Assembly (NCBI RefSeq): GCF_009914755.1
Contig: NC_060930.1
Source of the DNA: the human T2T-CHM13v2.0 reference genome, Homo sapiens
Length of the DNA: 64,000 nucleotides
Direction: 5' to 3' (one strand)
This document shows positions 45,852 through 58,910 of the stretch, one piece after another. The translations under genes and the position numbers were made by a program. Position 1 is the first letter of the stretch. Each line of letters opens with the position of its first letter. The notes beneath the pieces were generated by a model, which was given only the letters and a program-made list of their open reading frames with translations, was not told the DNA's origin and made no database searches.

Positions 45852-46245
45852 CATTAAATTAAGTTTAACCTAAAGCTGACTTCTTACATGTTTTAGGTTC
45901 AGCCTAAAGGTTTCTCTGTACATAGTGAAATGTAACCTAATGTGGTGTGTAAACAGACTGTAACCTACTCTTGCAACAATCAGCAAGTTTTGGCCAAAGA
46001 TGGGCAACTCTTCAAACTTGTGATCAAATAAGGCAAACAACAAGCTGTTATCAATCCAGCTGTTTAGGTACCTCACCTCCATTTTCTGGAGGTCACTTTC
46101 CTTTTTCTGTCTGTAAATCCTCTCCAACCACATGGCAGCGCGAAGTTGCTCTGAACCTATTCTGGTTGGGGATGCTGCCTGATTCACACATCTTCTTTGA
46201 GCGATTAAGCTCTACTGAATTTAATTTGTTTAAGGTATTTTAACA
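45852..46245 (+). mobile_element. MER57-type ERV1 solo LTR
   Basis: ttaaattaagtttaacctaaagctg...gtgtaaacagactgtaacctactcttg...ttttaaca. Confidence 0.8.
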
Positions 46246-46540
46246 CATGTATTGTAGTACTAGATGGGTACAATATGTCTCTTGAACTTATCCCTCCTGT
46301 CTAACTCAAATTTTGCATCTTTGACCAACATCTCCCAAGTCCCCTAACCCACCAACCTCTTGCCACCACCATGTTACTCTCAGTTTCTATGAGTTTCACT
46401 GTTTTACACTCCACATATAAGTGAGATCATGTGGTAGTATTTGTTTTTCTGTCCTGGCTTATTTCACTTAACATAATGTCCTCCAGTTTCATCCATGTGG
46501 TTGCAAATGACAGGATTTCCTTTTTTTTAAAGGCTAAACA

Positions 46541-46790
46541 GGGCTTAGCATGGTGGCTCATGCCTGTAATCCCAGCACTTTGGGAGTCTAAGGCAGGAGG
46601 ATTACCTGAGCTCAGTTGAAGACCACCCTGGGCAACAGGGAAAGACCCCATCTCTGCAAAGATTAAAAAATAAAAATTAACTGGATATGGCAGTGCATGC
46701 CTGTGGTCCCAGCTACTTGGGAGGTTGAGGAGGGAGGATTGCTTGAGCCCAGGAGGTCGAGGCTGCAGTGAGCCATGTTCATACCAAAAA
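46541..46790 (+). mobile_element. AluJ-type, 3' truncated
   Basis: ggtggctcatgcctgtaatccc...ttgagcccaggaggtcgaggctgcagtgagcc. Confidence 0.88.
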
Positions 46791-48404
46791 ATGCCAAATA
46801 TAATTCCATTGTGTATATATGTCACATTTTCTTTATCCATTCATCTGTTGTTGGACAGAGGTTAATTCCATATCTTAGGTATTGTGAATAATGCCTCAAT
46901 AAGCATGAGAGTGCAGATATATTTTTGACATACTGATTTTATATCCTTTAGATATATAGCCAGTAGAGGAATTACTGGACCTTATGGTAGTTCTATTTTT
47001 AATATTTTTAGGAACCTCCATACTGTTCTCAATATGGCTGTACTAATTGACATTCCTACCAACAGTGGGCAAGCGTCCCCTTTTCTCCTCATCCTCACCA
47101 ACACTTGTTATCTTTCCTCTTTTTGATGATAGCCATTCTAGCCGGTGTGAGGTGATAACAACTCTTAGGAGCTTGTGAAGAACATTCAATCTTCACAACT
47201 ACTCTATACGCAATTCATTTTTCTATTGTACACCTGAGGAAATTGAGTTTTGGGTAAATTGATTTGTCCAAGGTCAGGCAGACAATAAGCAGAGAAGCCA
47301 GACCTGAATCCAAGAGTATTTGAATCCAAAACCCACGTTTTCACACTATAATAACTCAGTTTCCTACAGGAAATGATTATTAAATTCTAATGGTGTCTTC
47401 TGAGACTTGCTAGAGAAACAAGAACAAGATAAGCATTTTTAAACAATGCCAATTACAAAAGTATTTTGCAGGTTTTCTCAAGTCTTCCTCATGATTATTA
47501 TTTTTTTCTCTTTAATGTTTATTTTTCTAGAGTCAATCTACAGACTAACCTAAAATGTGTTTTATTCCTGCCCTGATTCTACCTAAGTAATAAAGTATCC
47601 ATAAAACTTTAACTCAAGTCTTGGCTCCTACCATTCATAACATTCAAACTAAACAGAAAATAAGTAGTGGCGTATCTCTAAATTCCAGATAATCCACACC
47701 AAAATCAGAATTATTCCCTTTTGTGTGTGTGTGTGTGTGTATACATATCTGTATTTATACACGTGAAATTATATTTGCAATCAATTTCCCTGCTAGTATT
47801 TGTTGCACCTTTGGTGACTTTACTATATCTTGTTGTTCTCAGTTTCTTTATTATTGATAAGGAAAATCTACTCTGTCATTGTTAATAATCATAGCACATT
47901 GTTTCTGCCCTATTACTTCCATGTCCTGAAGTCCCAACCAAATACTAAGAACTCTCCTTTAATAAATGAACATATCTGTCTACAGTGTACAGTGTACAAG
48001 ATTAGGGATCTTGCAGTCACTTTACTTTCAATTTCTCTTATTTAAATTGTCACTCTAATCCAAAAACTTATCTTTGTCTCTTACCCCTCCCCAATCCAAT
48101 TCCTGCCTTTTATCAGACTAAGCTTTTCGCAGTACAGCTAAGAATACATATCTTTCTTCCTTTTTCCTCCCCATCTACTGCTCATGACCCACATAAGAGA
48201 TGCCTTCCCCATGAAGCCCCATCTGTTCTCTCCATCTCCTTTCAAATTTTGTTTTCATGTCTGTTGGGTCAGGCATCACATTATATTTATTATAATAACT
48301 TTGCTCCACTTATACCTGGTCCCGGCTTACCACCTTTTCTATCTTGCCCCATTTTTCCAGGTCAATAACCACATCTTATTTACCTTTATATCTCCAATAC
48401 AGAA

Positions 48405-48572
48405 CTTCTTACTTTAAATATTCATAAGAATCATCTAGGGTTCTTGTTGAAATGCAGATTTTTGATTCAGCAGGTCTGGGATGGGGCGGGAACTCTGTAT
48501 TTCTCGGCATATCCAGCTCCCAAAGGATACTAATATGACTGATTCATGGACCACAGTCTGACTAGGAAAGTC
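48405..48572. mobile_element. MER5A-like MITE
   Basis: aagaatcatctagggttcttgttgaaatgcagatt...caggtctgggatgggg...ggaccacag. Confidence 0.7.
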
Positions 48573-48937
48573 CTGGTATATTTTGCATAACATTTTGCAC
48601 ATGGCAGGTGTTAACTCACATGTAACAGAGGAAAAGCAAAATATGAATTAAAACTACAATGAGATCCCACTACACACCACTAATATGGCTAAAATTAAAG
48701 ACTGACAACATCAGATATTGATGAGGATGTCTGAGTGCCTGAATTCTTATAAACTGTTGGTAGGAATGTAAGATAATATGACTACTTGGGGAAAAGATCT
48801 AGCAGATTTTGTTTTTTTGTAAAATTAACATATACTTACCCCATGATCTAGCAGTTCTTCTCCTAGGTATTTATCAAAGAAAGATGAAAACACATGTTCA
48901 CAAAAAGATTTGTACAAGAATGTTGACATAAACCCCC

Positions 48938-51406
48938 TGTATTAGCCTGTTCTCACACTGCTGTAAAGAAATACCTGACACCAGGTAATTTAGAAAGAAA
49001 AGAGGTATAATTGGCTCACAGTTCTGCAGGCTGTATGGGAAGCATAGCAGCATCTGCTTCTGGGGAAGCCTCAGGAAGCTTTTACTCATGCCAGAAGGCA
49101 ACGCAGGAGCAGGTGTCTTACATGGCAGGGAAAGTACCAAAAGAGAGAGTAGCGGAGGTGCCACACATTTTTAAATGACCAGACCTTATGAGAACTCACT
49201 AACTATCACCAGAACAGCACTAAATGGGAAATCTGGCTCCATAAGCCAATCATCTTCCACCAGGCCCCATCACCAACATTGGGGATTACAATTAGACATG
49301 AGATTTGGGCAGGGACACAGATCCAAACCATATAATTCAGTCCCTGGCTCCTTCGAAATCTCATATCCTGGTAATATTTCAAAATACAATCATGCCTTCC
49401 TAACAATTGCCCAAAGTTTTAACTCATTCCAGCACTAACTCAAAAGCCCAATGTCCAAAGTCTCATCTGAGACAAGGGTAGTCCCTTCCACCTATGAGCC
49501 TGTAAAATAAAAAACAAGTTAGTTACTTGCAAAATACAATGGGGATATAGGCATTGGGTAAATACTCCTGTTCCAAAAGGAGAAATTGGCCCAAAAAAGG
49601 GGGTCTACAGGCCCCCATGCAAGTCTGAAAACCAGCAGGGCAGTCATTAAATCTTAAAGCTCCAAAATAATCTTCTTTGACTTCATTTCTCACATCCAGG
49701 GAACACTGGTGAAAGGGGTGGGCCCCCAAAGCCTTAGGAAGCTCCTCCTTTGTGACTTTGCAGGGTTCAGCTCCCACAGCTGCTCTGATGGGCTGTCACT
49801 GAGTGCCTGTGGCTTTTCCAGGTACATGGTGCAAGCTGTTTGTGGCTCTACCATTCTGGGGTTTGGAGGACAGTGGCCATCCTCTCATAGCTCCACTAGG
49901 CAGTACCCCAATAAGGACTCTGAGTGGGGGCTACAATCCCACATTTTCCCTCTGCATTGCCCTAATAGAGGTTCTCCCTGAGGGCTCCATCCCTGCAGCA
50001 GGCTTCTGCCTGCACATTCACACTTTTCCATAATTCTCTGAAATCTAGGTAGTAGAGCCTCAACTTTTGCACTCTGTGCACCCACAGACTTAACACCACG
50101 TGGATGCCACCAGTCTTATGGCTTACACCCTCTGAAGCAGCAGCCTGAGCAATACCCAGGCCCCTTTAAGCCACGGCTGGGGTAGAAGCAGCCAGGATAC
50201 AGGGAGCAGTATCCCAAGGCTGCACAGGGCAGTGGGGCCCTGGGCCTGGCCCAGGAAACCATTCTTCCCTCCTACGCCTCCAGGTCTGTGATGGGACGGG
50301 CTGCCATAAAGGTCTCTGAAATGCCTTCAAGGCCTTTCCTCCATTGCCTTGGATATTAGCACTTGGCTCCTCTTATGCAAATTTCTGCAGCCTGCTTGAA
50401 TTCTTCCCCTGAAAATGGGTTTTTCCTTTTTACTATATAGCTAGGCTATAAATTTCCCAACTTTTATGCTCTGCTTCCCTTTTAAAAATAAGTTCCAATT
50501 TCAGGTCATTTCTTTGCTCATGTATATGAACATAAGTTGTTAGAAGCAGCCAGGTCACATCTTGAACATTTTGCTGCTAACAAATTTCTTCTGCCAGATA
50601 CCCTAAATCATCATTCGCAAGTTCAAAGTTTCACAGATCCCTAGTATAGGGGAACAATGCAGCCAACCTCTTTGCTAATGCATAACAAAAGCGACATTTG
50701 TTTGAGTTCCTAATAAGTTTCTCATCTCCATCTGAGACTGCTGCAGCCTGGATTTCATTGTCCATATCACATATTACTATCAGCATTTTAGTCACAGCAA
50801 TTTAACAATACTCTAGGAAGTCCCAAACTTTCCCCCGTCTTCCTATCTTCTTCTGAGCCTTCTACATTCTTCCAACTCAGTTCCAAAGCTGCTTCCATAT
50901 TTTCAGATATCTTTATCCCAACCCCTGGTACCATTTTTCTGTATTAGTCTGTACTAAGCTGCTTCCATATTTTCAGATATCTTTATCCCAACCCCTGGTA
51001 CCATTTTTCTGTATTAGTCTGTTCTTGTACTGCTATAAACAAATACCTGACATTGGGTAATTTATAAAGGAAAGAGGTTTAATTGACTCACTGCTCTACA
51101 ATATATACAGGAAGCATGGTGGCATCTACTTCTGGGGAGGCCTCAGGGAGCTTTTACTCATGGCAGAAGGCAAAGCCTGAACAGTCATCTTACATGGCAG
51201 GAACAAGACCAAGAGAGAGTAGGGGGAGGTGCCACACACTTTTAAGTGACCAGATCTCATGAGAACTCACTCACTCGCAATGGAACAGCACCAAGTGGGA
51301 AATCTGCCCCTATGATTCAATCACCTCCCACCAGCCCTCACCCCCAACACTGGGGATTACAATTTGACATGAGATCCAGGCCAGGGAACAGATCCAAACC
51401 ATATCA
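48938..51406 (-). mobile_element. Full MSTA-type MaLR provirus: LTRs at 48938-49334 and 51010-51406 plus ~1.65-kb internal region; inserted into an old L1M 3' end (~48625-52440)
   Basis: Two homologous ~397-bp LTRs (tgtattag...ccaaaccatat); typical MST/THE1 internal sequence between them. No clean TSD seen. Confidence 0.88.
50886..51022. repeat. Perfect 67-bp tandem duplication with a 3-nt spacer
   Basis: 50886-50952 equals 50956-51022. Confidence 0.97.
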
Positions 51407-51519
51407 TGCCACAAACTGAGAATATCCCAGGAGTCTATTGACTAGCAAATGGATAAATAAGTTGTGGTATATCCACACCGTGCAATGCTGGCTACTACTT
51501 CTATACCATGGAACACTGG

Positions 51520-51730
51520 CTCAGGTTCTCTTGCTGTTGCAGTCATGTAGGATAGGACTTCAGTCATCCGAAGGTTTGACTGGGATTACAGACTCTTCTT
51601 CCAAAGGGCTTGCTCATATGGCTGTTTGCAGAAGGCCTCAGACTTTTGCCACCTAGTCCTCTCCATGTAGCTGCTTGGTGTCCTTATGACATGGCTGCTG
51701 GCCTCCAACATATGAGAGATGCAAGAGAGC
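51520..51730 (-). mobile_element. Old MLT1 (F-J-like) LTR fragment
   Basis: gcagtcatg...gaaggtttgactggg...gtccttatgacatggctgctggc. Confidence 0.5.
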
Positions 51731-53037
51731 ATACTCCTGTGGCCTAGCTGGCTGCAAGCTGCTTCTGGTCCTGCCTTGAGTCTTTCTTGATTAATGTTGG
51801 ACCAAAGACTTCTAATGAAAATGTGTGAATTACTGATACACAACAACAACAACAACATGGGTGAATCTCAAAAGCATGATGTTGAATGAAACAACCAGAC
51901 TCAAGAGAGTACTTACTATACGATTTAATTTCTTTTATATGAAGCTATAGAAGGCAAAACAAATCTATAGTTTGTTAAAAGGCAAAACAGTGGTTACTTG
52001 AAAACCAGAGTAAGCAGAGATTATTTGGAAGGGCCATGAGGGAACTTCCTAGGGGGATGGGATATTCTACATCTTCATAGGACTTTAGGTTACATAGGTC
52101 TATGCATTTGTGAAAACTCAAAGAATAGTACACTTAAGAATTACACATTTCATTCTTTATAAATTTTATTTAAAACAAAAGGAACTCTAAACAAATTTTT
52201 GACTATCGTTAATGATATGTTGCTGAAATGTTTGGAGGTGAAGAGTACTGATGTCTGTAGTTGACAGTGCATTAAAAAATAAGACGTGCATTAAAAATAA
52301 TATGAATGGATGGATGGATGACTAGATATGTAGGTAAAACAAATATAGCAAATGTTTATTGTAGAATCTGAGTAGCAGGCATGTGGGTGTTCTTCAACTT
52401 TTCTGTATGCTGGAAATTTTTCATAATACAATGTCTAAAAGAAAAAAACAACAACAATGAGGAGATACTACTGCCTGTATCTGTAGCCCTGACCCCAGCT
52501 TGGGATAGATGCCATTGATGTACATTTGGAGAGGCAGTGGCAGATCTCTGCTGCTCAACCCCTGTGCAGGGAAAAAGCTGTGTTCAGACACACTGAGAGC
52601 AATTGTGGCAAAGGACTGGAAATACTGGCTATGCTGGACCATCAGTTACTTACAGAGGCTTAAGCCTCCTGAAGGACACAAATCAACATGGTCTAAGGTT
52701 GCCAGTGGCAACTAGAGTAGCTAAGAGTATGAAAGAGATACTCCAAGACTTGAATTTCACCATTCCAGGCCATACATGATTCACAAGTACCCTAATGAAA
52801 TGTCTTGATAGTTAAGATTTAACATACATGGACATAGTTTACTAGACATATCTACAATTCTCTATATCGGTATCTCTAGTACCTTCTGTTATAATTTAAT
52901 TCATATTTTTTTTTGCTGAGTTAATCTGAAATGGTAACCGTTTTTGTTAATGGAAGACAGACGGAAACTACTGATGAGTTAGTCACTGCATTATTTTCTC
53001 CTGGACCATCTGATGGGGTGTACACACGTCTTCTTAC

Positions 53038-53200
53038 TGGGTCTCAAAGCTGGCTTCATATTAGAATCACCTGGGAAGCTTTTAAAGCAATAGAGATGAC
53101 AGCCACCCTATGGCAACTCAGCATGGAGGAGTGTGCAGGAGGGAGGCCTGGGCAATGGTACATTAAAAATTCTCTCCTGGTGATTTTAATATTTGTCACA
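53038..53200. mobile_element. MER5A-like MITE
   Basis: attagaatcacctgggaagcttttaaa...ggcctgggcaat...ctcctggtgatttta. Confidence 0.6.
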
Positions 53201-55807
53201 TAACTAGGTCTTCGATTTCTAAAAGTTAAAACATCTTCAAAGGGACTGCAAGGAAAATAAAGTTTTACTTTAAAAAATATGCTATTGAGGGCAAAGTTTC
53301 TTAAGTTTTGTAGGTATCTTTTTCTTCCACCTCTTAGCAATACTTATCAAAGTGTGATGGGTCAAGAAATTTACATTTAAGTAGAACAAACATCAGTTTT
53401 GGATTTCCAGTAGTAAGATTTCACTGGCAGAAATTATTAATTATTATTGAATGTTATTGAAATTGAAGTGAAAATGCTACTAGTAAATGAAAATGCTACC
53501 AGTTTCCCAAATTCTGATGTGTGTATGTCTGGCCACCATAGCTGGTTTACATTATAGGCAGGCTAAGCATGTGCTTAGGGCAGACAACAAAATATGTTTT
53601 TAGAAAAAGCTTCACATTTGATATTTCAAAAGCAGCCTTAGAGTAATCAAATAAAGAAAAAACAATCAGTATTGTGTTGGCGTTTCTTCCACTTATTCTA
53701 CCTATTGGAGGTGGGGAGGAAACATAGCCTTTGCAAGGATTAATGTCATGGAAGATCTTCACCAGCCTGGACAGGGAGTGGAAGGTGCTTCTGCAACGGA
53801 AGCATAACTATTGCTTTCTGCTGCCTCTCCTTACTGCTTTGCTCCCCAGCCCAGGTGTCACCACCCAGTCAATCAGAAAGTCAAAGAGTCTGAGGGCAGT
53901 GGAGGGAGGTTGTGCCTGGCCCAGAGGGTTTTAAGTGTGAACTGGATTGAGAACAACATGCCGATTGTTCTTTGTTTGCTGAGACTGGCTTGGTGCCAGC
54001 GCAGAACTGGCTGGCCCTGAGAAGCTTACAGAGCCTAGTGACCAGGTGTGGGGAACCAGCACTGGCTGCGGGGGTGGGGGTAGAAGGGAGCACAGAAGGC
54101 ACTACTTCATAGATGGTTAGAAACTTCACCAAACTTACTGGGTAGGTTCCACACCAAGTTTTATCTTATTAGAGAAAGGGACAGAAAATGGCTAAAAAGT
54201 CAGGCCAGTAATAATCAACACACAAAACTGAGGGAAGAAGGTAGAGAGGTTGTCCCACTGAATCCTAAGTGTACAGGCACTCCCCCAGAATAGGGGTTGA
54301 GCCTAAATGTCAAAACTCTTGTTGGTCTTTAGGATGTTTGACCTGCAGGAAGTGAAAAGGGCAGAAAAATTACCAGACCGAGTTTTCAGGAATGCTGTGG
54401 AATAATTCTATCAATGTAGCCCCCGACTGTGGTAACAGAGAATCAACCTCCCTTGAAAGCAGGACTTTCTGAAAGGGAGAAAAAAGTATTTTTGTCTATT
54501 ATTACTATACACTGAGCAAGTGAAACAGTAGACAGCCATTGGCTTCCCTGATGTATTTGTACTGGAAAAAAATTTAAATATATATAAAGGAAAACATACT
54601 TTTCAGAAATGGACATGCACAAAGCTGTCATTTGCAGTATCTCCTGGTGGTGAGTTTGGGGAAGAATTTTACTTTCTTTTGTGTACATTTCTAGATTGCC
54701 TTACTCACTTTATATATGTATGTACATATGCTAAGACCATGTGTGTCTTTAAACCCAGAAAAAGTAGGAATCTAGTTCTGTAGTAAAATAGTTTTTTAAA
54801 TTGCAAAATGTATACTCTTGCCCACCTATTTAATTAAGGGTGGATGTGTGGATACATTGGCCTTTGAGCTGGCATTCCCTGTGTCTATCTCTCTGGGGAA
54901 AAGGAATGAAAAATTATTAAAATGCACACTTCCTTGTTAACATGACTGGCAGAATAACGATCATTTTGATAGTATTTTGTCCATGGAGGCTTTGAAAAGG
55001 ACAGAGGGAGAGATTTCTATCTCAAGGAAAACTTCCAATGCCTTCCTGAGGTTACTTAAAATTCATAAGGCCATAAAAAAAAAAAACGGGGCTGAGACCT
55101 CGCTTCTACTATTTTGACAAATTGCCAACCAGTTTTCTTCTCCTGGAAACAATGCTATTTAGGTCCCAGTTTTAGTTCTGCAAAGATGCCAGGCAGAACT
55201 AGGTCACTATGATATGTATCAGTTAGTTAACTCATCCCAGTTTGGCTCCAGCCATTCATCATCCGCCTTTGACCTTTTACCTTGTTTCAGTCTTCAGTCA
55301 CTAGGTCAGAGCTGCAATGCATGGAAATATCAAGCAGGATATTGCCAGGAAAAAACAAACAAACAAACAAAAACAAAAACAAACTAAAACTCTATGAGTG
55401 AGCTGGGACTGCTATCATTGCCTTTATTCCCATTTTAAAGATGAAAAAACTGAGAATTGGAAAAGTTATAGAATTTGCCCTTTGTTATCCAGCAGCTCCC
55501 TGACTTTGCCCTGGGGCTGCTTGCACCTTGGTGGGGTCAGTGGATGGCTGATGACGCTGTCCGCATTGGCACAAGCTGCAGGAGCTACACTAGCTACAGA
55601 TTTGCAAACACCCTCCCAGCCGAAATGCCACTCCCCGGTCTTAGTGCTAAGACCACAGGGGCAGCAATTTACTGGGGCTCAAGTGGATGGGTGCCATTCA
55701 TGAACATCATTGTATTCTAATGTTAATCATATACCTTTTATTTTAAATTATATAAGAAATACATAAATATAGTCATAATGTAAGAAATTAAGGCAATATG
55801 AAAGAAT

Positions 55808-56078
55808 TATAGGGGCCAAGGGAAAACTTCCACTTTGTCCTCTGAAGTTTCGCTGAAAAATCAACTCACAAAAGGCAGGATTAATTGGAGAAAAGGCATA
55901 CAAATTTATTCGTGTGCACACAGAGGGAACCACAGAGCGATTACCACTAACCCCTCAATGGGGTGCAGCAGCTTAAACACCACCTGGAGGTTACAGAAAA
56001 AATGGGGGCTCAGAGCATGACCAAAAACAGGTTATGGTTGAAAATCAGGTGATGGTGGCAGGACAGTTATGGGACAGG
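55808..56078 (-). mobile_element. MER34-type LTR, 3' half
   Basis: ggggccaagggaaaactt...ggagaaaaggcatacaaatttatt is the reverse complement of the MER34/39 LTR end. Confidence 0.7.
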
Positions 56079-56444
56079 ACATACGACCTCATCCACCATG
56101 AAATAAAGAATTCCCGTGGAAACTTCAGGGGATTGAAATACATCTCATAGAAGAGAAAAATCTCAGTACTCATTTGACCTGGGGTCTGCATGTACCCTGT
56201 GCCAACCCACTAAGTCAACAAATCCAGACACGTGAATCTGCGAAGATAGAAAATACTCAGGTTGTAAGACTGCTCTGCTGCTTAGAATGTTTCTAAAGTA
56301 ACCAAGAAGCCTATACAAACATGCCTCAGAAAGCTGTTCAAAGGGGTATAAAATAATCTGATCACTTCATCATGTCCTTGGGAAAGGAATGAGTGTTTCA
56401 AATTTGCTACCTATAACTAAGCAGGTAATTAAAACTTCATATAT

Positions 56445-56884
56445 GTTGTTCAAAGACAAAATTACAATAAATTTAAAGACCTTAATTGGCTTTTATTTGT
56501 GATTCTAGAATTGGGCGACATCTCATTCTACAAAGTGGAATGTGTTCAGATGAACTGAGCAGAGGAGGTTGGTTTTGTAGACAGAAAAGGGCTGAGAAAA
56601 GCAGAATCAAAAGACAAAAAGCAAGTTGGTTATTTCCAAGCTCCTTTCCTTGTAAAGGTTAAAACAGAGGGGATTTCCTTATCATGCCAGCTAAAACTGG
56701 CTTGTGTGGAGATTTTGCTATTATCTCTCACTCTCCTGATTTCTCAGAAGGTCAGGTAGAGAACTTACTTTTGGCTTGGTGACATGGAACTTCAGCAGGA
56801 GTGACTGCATTTTGGTTTGGTCTGTTGAACCTAGTGCAGGGGCTCAATCTAAACCAACAACCTCATATGAAGTTTATTTAATAA
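56445..56884 (-). mobile_element. MER31A-type solo LTR
   Basis: aaagacaaaattacaa...gagtgactgcattttggtttggtctgttg...cctagtgcagg. Confidence 0.75.
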
Positions 56885-57142
56885 TGTAAAATGCAGGTTT
56901 AAATTTGATAATTTCCAAAGTCCTTTTTGACTTTTTCTTTAATCATTCATAAGCTAAATACCCCTAGAAATAACCATTCCATACATTACACCATTCCTGG
57001 GGGAAAAAATATTTTAGGCTCATTCCAGGTACATTCTAGAATATTGAGAAAAAAAAAAGAAGTGTGTGTGTTGGGGGTGGGGGTGGTATGAGGAGTGAGA
57101 TAATAGAAGGGTAAATTTATGTCCTAGGTTATATTAATTTCA

Positions 57143-57702
57143 CGGGCCAGGGCCCTTGAGCCCCTGAAGTTTCATGGAAAAATCACTTCATACAAGGCAG
57201 AATAATTGGAGAAAAATCATAAAAATTTATTTAACATATACACACAGGAACCTTCTGAATGAAGACCCAAAAATACACAGAAAATTGTCCGATTTTTGCT
57301 TAGGTTCAACAAAGTACGAGCAGCAATGGAGAAATATGATTGGACAATAAGGGTATGATCTAATGCTAATAGATGGAGTTGGGAAACCCCAGCAGGGCCT
57401 GCCTGTCTAGACTCATCTTGGCCTCTCTGAGCAGCGTTCCTTCCTTCTGGGTGTGGCACAGGGCCCTCTATGGAATGGAGGTCTTATGACCTACAGCCAA
57501 ATAAGGGAGGTCAGAAAATTTCTTTATGTCCAACTTTTATACAGAAAGGCAAAGGGAAAGTTAGAGTAATATTCTAAGATTTTGTGGCTGGCTTTGGGGA
57601 AAAGGGATTCTGGTTTTTATGACTCACCTTGAGAGAAAGAAGGTCAGAGAAGAACTTTTATTTCTGATGCCTTCATTTGGGGATATTATTTTCTGAGCTT
57701 CA
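57143..57702 (-). mobile_element. MER39-type solo LTR
   Basis: ggtatgatctaatgctaatag...gggaaaccccagcagggcctgcctgtctaga...gccttcatttgggg. Confidence 0.65.
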
Positions 57703-58355
57703 GTGTAATGTTTCCTGCTTCTGTATTTGCCAGCTGACTCCAGCCATCTTCAAATTACAGATATAGAAGAAAGGGTTAATAAAATACGCATCACAGAGCT
57801 CATAGGGTAGTTGAATTTCTGGATTGTTTTTTTAAAGCATGATTCAAGCATACAAAGGGTGAGTGCTGTTTTAAAATGTATTTATATGTAACGTCCCCTG
57901 ATTCCAGAAAGGATTAGGTGACATAAACTAAAAGTAAAAATCAGAGAAGAAAGAAACACAAGACTGGGACAAACGTCAATGAAGAATGCCTCGTGAAGAA
58001 TTGGTAATATTGCTCTCCATTTCTCCCTTGCGGATAAACACATATTCAAATATAGCATGGGATATCCAGATGAGTTTAAAAATTTCTTCTTTGATTAATT
58101 CTTTCTCAAAGTATTATCTCATTGGATCATATCACACGAGTTTCACTCAGCTTTTTTTTTTGAGGATAACAAACAGCAGTGTTTCCATTTTACAAGGAAA
58201 ATAATACAGACTTGAAGAGATTAACTAATTTGCCTATAGTCCTGTAACTAGTTGCAGCAAAACTTATAATTAAGATCTTCAAGCAAACAAATGGGCTTCT
58301 TAAAATTATATATAACCTTTCCTGTAGGCTTTTGAAAAATAAGATAAATAGCGAC

Positions 58356-58886
58356 TGAAGGAAATAAAAATATTTCACCCCAAAGTATACTTCTTTGACA
58401 TACTTCGAGGTGGGGTGGCTGTTCAGAGACCCTGCAAACAGAAGTAACCCTGCAAAGCTGCCTTTCGTAGGGGACATTTACATCTGTAGACAATCTGCAC
58501 TGATGCAGCTAGGTTTTGTCTGAGGCCTTTCCTTGTCTAAGAAAGATTAATGAGAGTCTTACTATCTATTCTTTCTGAGGACTGATACCTGTGAAGTTTT
58601 ATTTATATAACAAGACCACCTTTGCTAGCCAGGCCTCCTCTCCTTGCCCTCCCATAATGCATTTTGCCACCAGAATCTGTTTTGCCATGATCCAAGCTGC
58701 CATTCTTTCTGCAACCTCAGGATGGCATACATTTCTTAACTCCATTGGAGGGTGGGGTAGTCACTCTGTGGTTTTCCTTCATGTGCACATTAACAAATTT
58801 GTATGCCTTTTCTCCAATTCATCTGAGTTGATTTTTTTCAGCAAAACTTCAGAGGGCAAAGGGGAGGTTTTCCTTTGGCTCCTACT
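58356..58886 (+). mobile_element. MER34A-type 5' LTR
   Basis: tgaaggaaataaaaatatttcaccccaaagtatacttctttgacata...tttggctcctac. Confidence 0.8.
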
Positions 58887-58890
58887 GTTT

Positions 58891-58910
58891 TGTTGCTGTG
58901 AGCAGGATTC
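58891..58910 (+). other. Retroviral primer-binding site complementary to the tRNA-Ser(CGA) 3' end
   Basis: tgttgctgtgagcaggattc vs recalled TGGCGCTGTGAGCAGGATTC (18/20), immediately after the LTR. Confidence 0.7.

Larger units (their letters stand above)
45650..47160 (-). mobile_element. L1MA (MA8/9-like) 3' end hosting a MER57 LTR and an AluJ
   Basis: attgacaagtaaaaattgtatata...gagaacacttaaaatcta; ORF2 C-terminal peptide (FATTWMKLEDIMLSEISQ). Confidence 0.8.

Noticed and set aside
55808-58886. Similarity among the 55808, 57143 and 58356 segments as a local inverted duplication
   Set aside because: Explained by shared MER34/MER39 LTR 3' ends from independent, diverged insertions.
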